Assembly (NCBI GenBank): GCA_041736365.1
Contig: JBGSTR010000023.1
Coordinates: 1 to 35,699 of the forward strand
From: Chromatiaceae bacterium
GTDB taxonomy: Bacteria; Pseudomonadota; Gammaproteobacteria; Chromatiales; Chromatiaceae
Direction of reading: 5' to 3'
Length of the DNA stretch: 35,699 nucleotides
Below are positions 28,897-35,699 of the stretch, one piece after another. How positions within the stretch are numbered: position 1 is the stretch's first letter; the number at the start of each line of letters is the position of its first letter. The translations under genes were made by a program, and so were the position numbers. Below the pieces are notes generated by a model. It saw only the letters and a list, made by a program, of their open reading frames with translations. It searched no databases and was not told the origin of the DNA.

Positions 28897-30326
28897 GCGG
28901 AAGGTTCCGAGGGAATCGACAGCCGGAAATGTGCGCCCTCCACCGAGTCAACGAGTTTGAGGGTTCCGTGGTGCAGCGCTGTATAGCGCTCGCTGATCGC
29001 CAAACCCAACCCGGTGCCCTTGACGTGTCCTTTGCGACGTCGCTTGCCCTGATAGAATGCTTCGAACACATGGGGTCGATCGTCTTCATCGATCCCCGGC
29101 CCTTGGTCTTTTACGTCCAAAACGGCGTACCCGCCGCGGACGCGCAGAGTCACTTGGATCACGCCCGCTTCGGGGGAGTAATTAATGGAGTTGGACAACA
29201 GATTGTCAACGATCGTGCGCAATTGCTCCGGATCGCCGAGAACCGTGGCGGGCTCCAGTCGTTGGCGAATGGTCAATCGGCGGGACAGTGAAAACATTCT
29301 TTGGGCCGAAATCGAATGCTCCGTTAGCGCGACGAAATCGACGACCGCGGAGCTTCTGAGTGAAACTTGCCCCAATACGGTGTTGAATTTCAATAAGTCT
29401 TCGATTTGCTTCTGTAGTTGGTGACTACTGGCGCGAAGAATGCCGGCAACCTCGGCTTGCTCTCGCGTTAGCTCGCCCACGATCTCGTCGCCGAGCAGCT
29501 CAACACCTTCGCGGATCGCCGTGAGCGGAGTCTTGAGCTCGTGAGATATATGCTGAAGAAACATTGTCTTCTGTTTCTCAAGCTCGTTCAAGTGTAGTCG
29601 GAGCGCATCCATTCGGGCGCTGATTTCCTGGATGTCCTGGGGACCGCGGACTTGTACCGCACGCTTGAAATCACCCGAGCCGAGCCGGCGCACGGCGACG
29701 CCGATCTCTTTTAGCGGGCGGGTGATGAAGATGCTGAAGGTGATGCCCATCATGACGGCGAGTGGGATGAGCGCAATCGCTTGCAACAGCAGCAGTCGGC
29801 GAACCCTCGCGACCTGTTCCTGAATACGAACGGCATCCGCGGCTACCTGATGGCTTATTTCAAAAGGAACCGGGCGCGCGAGCTCGGAGAAGGGTGGTAA
29901 CGAGAACGGATCGCCTGGTGTTTCCTCCGGCAGGGACGATTGCTCGAGAAGCAAGCGGTAGATATCGCGCTCGCGACTGCTTAGCTCGGATAGCCGCTTC
30001 AATGTGCCTTCTACGTGGACGATCCCCGATAGCGTTTGCAGGGTCTCGAAAAACTGGGGACGCTGGTCTTCGTAGATGGCAAGAAGACTCCGGTCGCGTA
30101 ATACTAAGAACTGGGCGGCGCTCCGTTCCAGGGATAGAATTTGTGATAGTAAGATACGGCTTGACTGTACCGTTTGATTCGTATTCACAAGCATGCTTGT
30201 CATGCGCGAAGAAAGATCGCCGACCCGGACGATGGTATGAACCAAGGCCGCGATCAATGGCAATACGGCAAGGAAAAAGCCGACTAGGGTCAGCTGCAGA
30301 ATCGAGGTCCGAATCGCGAGTTTCAC
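28893..30326 (-). CDS. glrK: sensor histidine kinase GlrK/QseE-like
   Basis: 477 aa. N-terminal TM helix, periplasmic segment, second TM helix plus HAMP. H-box FLQHISHELKTPLTAIREG, N-box DNLLSNSINYS, G-boxes DQGPGI and GTGLGLAI. GTG start at 30326. Confidence 0.85.
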   Translation of the reverse strand: MKLAIRTSILQLTLVGFFLAVLPLIAALVHTIVRVGDLSSRMTSMLVNTNQTVQSSRILLSQILSLERSAAQFLVLRDRSLLAIYEDQRPQFFETLQTLSGIVHVEGTLKRLSELSSRERDIYRLLLEQSSLPEETPGDPFSLPPFSELARPVPFEISHQVAADAVRIQEQVARVRRLLLLQAIALIPLAVMMGITFSIFITRPLKEIGVAVRRLGSGDFKRAVQVRGPQDIQEISARMDALRLHLNELEKQKTMFLQHISHELKTPLTAIREGVELLGDEIVGELTREQAEVAGILRASSHQLQKQIEDLLKFNTVLGQVSLRSSAVVDFVALTEHSISAQRMFSLSRRLTIRQRLEPATVLGDPEQLRTIVDNLLSNSINYSPEAGVIQVTLRVRGGYAVLDVKDQGPGIDEDDRPHVFEAFYQGKRRRKGHVKGTGLGLAISERYTALHHGTLKLVDSVEGAHFRLSIPSEPSA

Positions 30327-31023
30327 GGCGAGGACAACCGCGATACTTCATCCGCTCCGGAACGCTCGGGAGACGACGCTTGCCGGCCGCCGATCCCCGT
30401 CTTGCCCCGGATCACGATCCGCGAGGAGCCGGGAGCGAAGCGTCGGTCGAGCGCCGGATAGAACAATGACGTGCCGAAACGAGCTTGTAGCGGCGACAAG
30501 GTGATATCGGGCCGAGCCTAGCCGCGACCCGACGCCCGCCGAGTGGACGCAGGCGCGCGCGGCCAACGATAAGCGGGACGGTGTGGCTAACCTCCGCTCC
30601 TCTCCATAGGAATTTTCGCGCGTCGTTGATCGGTCGCCGCGCCGAGTGCCATGGAATTGTTTCCGCTGCTCCGTCATGTTTGTCGCATCCGGTATTCCCG
30701 CGCGAGCCTTAGGAGGAGAATTCGGCGCCATTGCGTTAATGCTACGCATCGGCGCATCCATGAGCCTAACATTCCGTAGGGCTGTTTCCGCAGATTTTTT
30801 CCGCGATCCGGGCCGGGACGCGGCGCGGCGAGCAGCGCGCCGCCGAGAATGCCCGACTGCGAGCACGCCCTCTCGATGTGATGGCGTGCTCGCCTCGACG
30901 CTGAACGAGTTGCCCAATTCGATTCATGCGTTTAAGGTTGTCGGTTTGCACAAGAGGGCCGCGCAGGCCCCGCCAACGAAAACGCGGCCGACGCCGTGTT
31001 TTATCACCGAGATCCTGGTCAAG

Positions 31024-31644
31024 ATGCTTGAGGTGGCGAATCTCGAATGTCGGCGAGGCGACCGGCTGTTGTTCTCCGGTTTGGACTTCGCTGTCGCCGA
31101 GGCGACCCTACTGCATGTGCGCGGGCGCAACGGCAGCGGCAAGACCACGCTGTTGCGCTCGCTGTGCGGTTTGTTCACCCCGGATTCCGGCGAGATCCGT
31201 TGGGGCGGCGACTCAATTCGCTCGCTGCGCGAGGACTACCGGCGACACCTGCTTTATTTCGGGCACCTCAACGGTATCAAGGGAGATTTGACCGGGGTCG
31301 AGAACCTGCGCGTAGCCGCGACGCTAGACGACGATCGGGTGAGCGACGACGCGATCTGGGCGGCGCTCGGTCGCATCGGTTTGGCGGGCTTCGAGGATTT
31401 GCCCACGCGCATGCTCTCCCAAGGCCAGAAGAAGCGCGTCGCTCTAGCGAGGCTGATCCTCAGCGGCGCCACTTTGTGGGTCCTCGACGAGCCGTTCACG
31501 GCGTTGGATCTGGACGCGGTTGACCTCTTGCAGGGCCTGATCGCGGGGCATGTGACGGGCGGCGGACTCGTGGTGCTGACGACCCATCAGGAAGTCGCGC
31601 TGACCTCCGGTCACATTCAGCGCTTGGAGCTCGGGGCCGGATGA
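31024..31644 (+). CDS. ccmA: haem exporter ATP-binding protein CcmA
   Basis: MLEVANLECRRGDRLLFSGLDF...GRNGSGKTTLLR (Walker A), LSQGQKKRVALARL (signature), LWVLDEPFTALD (Walker B). The in-frame 126-codon upstream extension in the track is not protein-like. Confidence 0.93.
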   Translation: MLEVANLECRRGDRLLFSGLDFAVAEATLLHVRGRNGSGKTTLLRSLCGLFTPDSGEIRWGGDSIRSLREDYRRHLLYFGHLNGIKGDLTGVENLRVAATLDDDRVSDDAIWAALGRIGLAGFEDLPTRMLSQGQKKRVALARLILSGATLWVLDEPFTALDLDAVDLLQGLIAGHVTGGGLVVLTTHQEVALTSGHIQRLELGAG

Positions 31645-31651
31645 GTAGTCG

Positions 31652-32320
31652 TTGAAGGTATTCTGGTGCATCCTCACGCGCGATCTGTCGCTAGCCATGC
31701 GCCGGCGTACGGACGTGTTGACCACGTTGTTCTTTTTCGTGATCGTAGTGAGCCTGTTTCCGCTGGGTGTGGGGACCGAAACCCAGGTTCTGCGCATTCT
31801 CGGTCCCGGCGTGGTCTGGGTAGCGGCGCTGCTGGCCTCGATGTTGGCGCTGGAACGCCTGTTCGCGGCCGACTACGAGGACGGAACCCTGGAGCAAATG
31901 CTGCTCACGGCGCAGCCGCTGTCGCTCCTGGTGCTGGCGAAGGTCGCCGCGCATTGGCTCCTGACCGGATTACCCCTGGTGTTGATCGCGCCCCTGGTGG
32001 GCATGCAGTATCACCTGACGGAAGACGCCATCGGCATCATGATGTTGTCGCTCTTGCTCGGTACTCCGGTGCTCAGCCTGATCGGCACTATCGGAGCGGC
32101 GCTGACGCTGGGGCTCCGCGGCGGCGGTATCCTGCTGTCGCTGCTGATTCTCCCGCTCTACATCCCGATCTTGGTGTACGGGGCCGGCGCGGTGGAGGTC
32201 AGCAGCGTAGACATCGCCGATACCAAGCCGTACCTGACGCTGCTGGGCGCGTTTCTGCTGGGGGCCTTGGTTCTGGCGCCGCCGGCGTCCTCGTCCGCAC
32301 TGCGGATCTCTCTGGAATAA
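31652..32320 (+). CDS. ccmB: haem exporter membrane protein CcmB
   Basis: 222 aa. FFFVIVVSLFPLGVG, VVWVAALLASMLALERLF..DYEDGTLEQ and C-terminal ALRISLE parallel E. coli CcmB. TTG start 8 nt after the ccmA stop. Confidence 0.93.
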   Translation: MKVFWCILTRDLSLAMRRRTDVLTTLFFFVIVVSLFPLGVGTETQVLRILGPGVVWVAALLASMLALERLFAADYEDGTLEQMLLTAQPLSLLVLAKVAAHWLLTGLPLVLIAPLVGMQYHLTEDAIGIMMLSLLLGTPVLSLIGTIGAALTLGLRGGGILLSLLILPLYIPILVYGAGAVEVSSVDIADTKPYLTLLGAFLLGALVLAPPASSSALRISLE

Positions 32321-32342
32321 AACACGAAATAAGCGGTTTGTG

Positions 32343-33101
32343 ATGGCCATCAATTGGTTTAAGTTTGCGTCTCCGGCGACCTTTTATCCGCTTGCGGGGC
32401 GCTTGGTGCCGGTGTTTTGGGTGCTGGCCGCGGTGCTCACCCTGCTCGGGTTGTACTGGGGTTTTTTCGTGGCGCCCGATCAGCTCGGCGGCACCAACCC
32501 GCAAAAGGAGTACTACCGCATCATCTTCATCCACGTGCCCGCGGCTTGGATGTCGATGTGGCTCTACATGGTCATGGTCGGTTGGGCGGCGATCGGTTTG
32601 GTGTTCAACACCAGGCTCTCGTTCATGTTCGCCAACGCCATTGCCCCGACAGGCGCCATCTTTACGCTAATCGCGCTGTGGACGGGATCCTTTTGGGGGC
32701 GGCCCAGCTGGGGCACCTACTGGGACTGGGATCCGCGGCTGACCTCGGAGCTGATCCTGTTTTTCCTGTATATCGGCTATATCGCGCTGCATTCGGCGAT
32801 CGACGATACCCGGCGTGCGGACCGCGCATCGGCACTGCTCGCCATCGTCGGTCTGGTGATGGTTCCGGTGATCTTTTGGTCCATCAACTGCCCGGATCCG
32901 AACCAGTGCGCGGCCCTGCATCAACGCTCGGGTCTCGGCCGCGTTGATGGCGATATCCTTTTCGGCATGCTGGCGGTAACGCTTGGATTTTGGATGTATT
33001 CGTTCGCGACGTCGCTGACGCGCCTGCGGGGCATCATTTTGACGCGCGAGTCCGACACTGTTTGGGTTCAGGACGTGCTGAAGCGGGAGGCGCAGGCGTG
33101 A
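32343..33101 (+). CDS. ccmC: haem lyase/exporter subunit CcmC
   Basis: YRIIFIHVPAAWMS (first conserved His) and the WWD motif WGRPSWGTYWDWDPRLTSE. The second conserved His is in ...AALHQ. ATG 32343, or GTG 32340. Confidence 0.93.
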   Translation: MAINWFKFASPATFYPLAGRLVPVFWVLAAVLTLLGLYWGFFVAPDQLGGTNPQKEYYRIIFIHVPAAWMSMWLYMVMVGWAAIGLVFNTRLSFMFANAIAPTGAIFTLIALWTGSFWGRPSWGTYWDWDPRLTSELILFFLYIGYIALHSAIDDTRRADRASALLAIVGLVMVPVIFWSINCPDPNQCAALHQRSGLGRVDGDILFGMLAVTLGFWMYSFATSLTRLRGIILTRESDTVWVQDVLKREAQA

Positions 33102-33268
33102 GCGATTTCCTATCCCAGGGCGGATACGCCCAATTCGTATGGGGTGCCTATGGCATGACCGCCCTACTTTTAGTGGCCGAGGTTCTGCAGCTGCGGCGAG
33201 AACGGCGAACCATTTTGTCGCGGCTAGGTCGATTGATGCGTATGCGTGTCCCCGGAGGAAACCCATGA
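33098..33268 (+). CDS. ccmD: haem exporter protein CcmD
   Basis: 56 aa from GTG 33098, overlapping the ccmC stop (GTGA). VSDFLSQGGYAQFVWGAYGMTALLLVAEVLQLRRERRTIL has the GGYA.YVW.AYG pattern, one TM helix and a basic tail, which is typical CcmD. Confidence 0.85.
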   Translation: MSDFLSQGGYAQFVWGAYGMTALLLVAEVLQLRRERRTILSRLGRLMRMRVPGGNP

Positions 33269-33744
33269 AAGCACGACAGAAGCGGCTGCTGTTGGTCGGA
33301 GTGGCCATCGTCGGCGTCGGCGCGGCGGCCGCGATGGCGCTGAATGCATTGCAGAGCAACATCTCCTATTTCTTCAGCCCGTCGCAGGTGAAGGCCAACG
33401 AGTCGCCCGAGGACCACGTGTTTCGTCTCGGTGGACTGGTCACGGAGGGCACCGTGAAGCGCCGCGACGACGGGCTGACGGTCACGTTTGACGTCACCGA
33501 CCTCGCCCAGACCGTCACCGTTGCCTACACCGGCATCCTGCCGGACCTTTTCAAGGAAGGGCAGGGCGTGGTCACCAAGGGGCGCATGGGGCCGGACGGG
33601 GTGTTCGTGGCCGACGAGGTGCTGGCGAAGCATGACGAGGAATACATGCCGCCGGAGGTCGCCGATACGCTGAAGACCGCGCACGTCAAGGGCGTTACCG
33701 AAACCGTCACGCAGACCGCGCAGAGCGGGGCGGTGGCCCGATGA
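33265..33744 (+). CDS. ccmE: cytochrome c maturation haem chaperone CcmE
   Basis: 159 aa with an ATGA overlap with ccmD. N-terminal TM anchor, FRLGGLV..G, YTGILPDLFKEGQGVV..G, and the haem-binding His in LAKHDEEYMPPE. Confidence 0.95.
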   Translation: MKARQKRLLLVGVAIVGVGAAAAMALNALQSNISYFFSPSQVKANESPEDHVFRLGGLVTEGTVKRRDDGLTVTFDVTDLAQTVTVAYTGILPDLFKEGQGVVTKGRMGPDGVFVADEVLAKHDEEYMPPEVADTLKTAHVKGVTETVTQTAQSGAVAR

Positions 33745-35699
33745 TCCCCGAGCTCGGTCATTTCGCACTGGTCTTGGCCCTGGCATTGGCACTGGTTCAG
33801 GCCAGCGTGCCGCTGTTGGGCTCCTACACCGGCAACCGCCGTTGGATGTCCACCGCGCGGTCGCTTGCATGGGGACAGTTTACCTTTCTCGTCATAGCCT
33901 TCCTGGCCCTCCTGCAAGCCTTCCTGACCAACGACTTCTCGGTGGTCTATGTTGCTACGAACTCCAACACGCTCCTGCCGGATATCTACAAGGTTTCCGC
34001 GATATGGGGCGCCCACGAGGGATCGCTTTTGCTGTGGGCCTTGTTGCTCTCCGCTTGGGGGGCCGCGGTCGCCACATTCAGCAGGAATCTCCCGCTGAGC
34101 ATGATCGCGCGCGTGATCTCGGTGCAGGGCATGATCGCGATCGGCTTCCTGCTGTTCATGCTGCTCACCTCCAATCCGTTCGATCGCGTCTTTCCCGCCC
34201 CGCTGGAGGGCCGGGACCTCAATCCGTTGCTGCAGGACTTTGGGCTCGCGATCCATCCCCCGATGCTCTACATGGGCTACGTGGGATTCTCTGTGGCGTT
34301 CGCGTTCGCCATCGCCGCCCTGCTCGGCGGCAAGCTGGACGCCGCTTGGGCGCGCTGGTCTCGCCCCTGGACGACCGTGGCCTGGATCTTCCTTACGATT
34401 GGCGTCGCGCTGGGGTCTTGGTGGGCCTACTACGAGCTGGGTTGGGGCGGCTGGTGGTTCTGGGACCCGGTCGAGAACGCATCCTTCATGCCCTGGTTGG
34501 TCGGTACCGCGCTGATCCACTCGCTCGCGGTAACCGAGAAGCGCGCAGCCTTTAAGAGCTGGACCGTGCTGCTCGCCATCTCGGCCTTCTCGCTGTCGCT
34601 TTTGGGCACCTTCCTGGTGCGCTCGGGCGTGCTCACCTCGGTGCACGCCTTCGCGACCGATCCCACTCGCGGCACCTTCATCCTGGTGTTTCTCTGCATC
34701 GTGATCGGCGGCTCCCTCGCGCTCTATGCGTGGCGAGCTCCGGCCGTGTCCGGTGGCGGGCGTTTCGATCTGGTCTCCCGCGAGAGCTTTCTTCTGGCGA
34801 ACAATCTGCTGCTCGCGGCACTGGCGACGCTGGTGCTCTTCGGCACCCTTGCGCCGCTGATCTACGAGGCGGCGGGCTGGGGCAAGATTTCGGTGGGCTT
34901 CCCCTGGTTCAACAAGATGTTCATCGCCATCACGCCCTTCCTGGTGCTCGCCATGGGAATTGGACCGCTGGCGCGCTGGAAACAGGATGAGGGGCTGTTT
35001 GCCCGACGCGACCTGTGGGTCGCGGCGGCCATCAGTGTCGTCGTCGCCGCCGTCGCGTTCCTGCCGGCCGTCAACGACGGGCATTTGCTGGTCGGACTGG
35101 GTGCCGGACTCACGGTCTGGCTGGTGACCACGCACCTGATTGGCCTCGCCGATCGACTGCGTCACAAGAGCGGACTCAAGGGCATCTGGGCGGACATGGC
35201 CGGCAACAGTCGAAGCTACTACGGCATGCTGCTGGCCCACCTAGGCGTCGCCTCCTTCATCGTTGGTGCGACCATGGTGTCCAACTTCGGTACCGAGACC
35301 GACATCCGCATGTCCCCCGGGGCGGTCATGGAAACCGCGGGATACACGTTTAAGTTCAACGGCGTAAAAACCGTTCCAGGGCCCAACTACAGCGCCCAGC
35401 GCGGTGAGTTCATCGTCTCCAAGGACGAACGCGAGATCACGGTGCTGCATCCCGAGAAGCGCACCTATTTCACCTCCAGCCGGCCCATGACCGAGGCCGC
35501 CATCGACGCCGGTTTCCTGCGCGACATCTACGTCTCGCTCGGCGAGCCGGTCGGCGATCAAGGCGATTGGGCGCTTCGGGTCTACTACAAGCCCTACGTG
35601 CGTTGGATCTGGTTGGCCGCCATTCTCATGGCGCTCGGTGGCCTCCTGGCCGTGACCGACCGGCGCTATCGCATGGTCCGCAGCACGACGCGCGTCCCC
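33741..35699 (+). CDS. ccmF: cytochrome c haem lyase subunit CcmF (653 codons, 3' end just outside the window)
   Basis: Frame is open from ATG 33741 (ATGA overlap with ccmE) to the last base, so it is absent from the ORF track. MIPELGHFALVLALALALVQ..., the WWD motif GWGGWWFWDPVENASFMPWL, conserved His residues (WGAHEGS, LIHSL, SVHAF), and a C-terminal VYYKPYVRWIWLAAILMALGG. Confidence 0.95.
   Translation, partial: MIPELGHFALVLALALALVQASVPLLGSYTGNRRWMSTARSLAWGQFTFLVIAFLALLQAFLTNDFSVVYVATNSNTLLPDIYKVSAIWGAHEGSLLLWALLLSAWGAAVATFSRNLPLSMIARVISVQGMIAIGFLLFMLLTSNPFDRVFPAPLEGRDLNPLLQDFGLAIHPPMLYMGYVGFSVAFAFAIAALLGGKLDAAWARWSRPWTTVAWIFLTIGVALGSWWAYYELGWGGWWFWDPVENASFMPWLVGTALIHSLAVTEKRAAFKSWTVLLAISAFSLSLLGTFLVRSGVLTSVHAFATDPTRGTFILVFLCIVIGGSLALYAWRAPAVSGGGRFDLVSRESFLLANNLLLAALATLVLFGTLAPLIYEAAGWGKISVGFPWFNKMFIAITPFLVLAMGIGPLARWKQDEGLFARRDLWVAAAISVVVAAVAFLPAVNDGHLLVGLGAGLTVWLVTTHLIGLADRLRHKSGLKGIWADMAGNSRSYYGMLLAHLGVASFIVGATMVSNFGTETDIRMSPGAVMETAGYTFKFNGVKTVPGPNYSAQRGEFIVSKDEREITVLHPEKRTYFTSSRPMTEAAIDAGFLRDIYVSLGEPVGDQGDWALRVYYKPYVRWIWLAAILMALGGLLAVTDRRYRMVRSTTRVP

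Noticed and set aside
30646-31023. In-frame 126-codon extension upstream of ccmA (332-aa track ORF), preceded by TAGGAGGAG
   Set aside because: CcmA homology starts exactly at ATG 31024 (MLEVANLECRRGD…). The extension has no protein-like features. Staying in frame appears fortuitous.
30327-31023. sigma54 promoter or GlmY-like sRNA upstream of glrK
   Set aside because: It is not called as a feature. Only minimal GG-N10-GC matches with poor -24 or -12 boxes were found by eye, with no TGGCAC-N5-TTGC and no TGTC-N10-GACA sites. It is kept only as a question in the findings.
33525-35240. 571-aa minus-strand ORF, the longest unannotated ORF in the track
   Set aside because: It is antisense to the ccmF reading frame, which is open from 33741 to the window end and carries the CcmF WWD and His motifs. 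The antisense product is a low-complexity Arg/Gly/Gln/Asp-rich sequence.

Overview
High-GC (~64%) proteobacterial chromosome segment. The gene content and synteny look gammaproteobacterial, but that assignment is an inference. The window is almost entirely core housekeeping DNA. I found no transposase, integrase, phage, CRISPR, rRNA, tRNA or recognisable defence genes. Gene order: cytochrome c5 (3' end) / rep(-) / DUF2782 / TRAP permease pair lacking a binding protein / PilZ(-) / amidohydrolase / polA(-) / small hypothetical(-) / secreted IPT + 7x50-aa Cys-pair repeat protein / orphan receiver-domain protein / activated-methyl-cycle cluster metK-ahcY-metF(-) with an SAH riboswitch ahead of ahcY / thioredoxin-like protein / tkt-gap-pgk-pyk-fba / CPCC Cys-rich protein / pdxH(-) / glrR-qseG-like-glrK(-) / ccmABCDEF, with ccmF running off the window. 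Two genes are absent from the ORF track because they touch the window edges: cytochrome c5 at 2..232 and ccmF at 33741..35699. Several track ORFs carry spurious N-terminal extensions (rep, DUF2782, dctQ-like, amidohydrolase, ahcY, metF, pgk, pdxH, ccmA), and I re-called their starts. I did not find a convincing new protein-coding system. The material worth a second look is mostly non-coding. (1) A ~165-bp multi-hairpin repeat family has four same-orientation copies whose stems vary in a compensatory way, and two copies overlap the stop codons of metK and pdxH. (2) A candidate sigmaE/AlgU-type promoter plus intrinsic terminator brackets a ~125-nt putative sRNA just downstream of polA, the locus that holds Spot 42 in E. 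coli and ErsA in Pseudomonas. (3) A REP-like palindrome cluster sits in a 138-bp tandem duplication that supplies the amidohydrolase stop codon. (4) An uncharacterised secreted 7-repeat protein lies next to an orphan response regulator. (5) A ~700-bp non-coding gap separates glrK from ccmA. All functional calls come from reading motifs and remembered family sequences; no database search was run.
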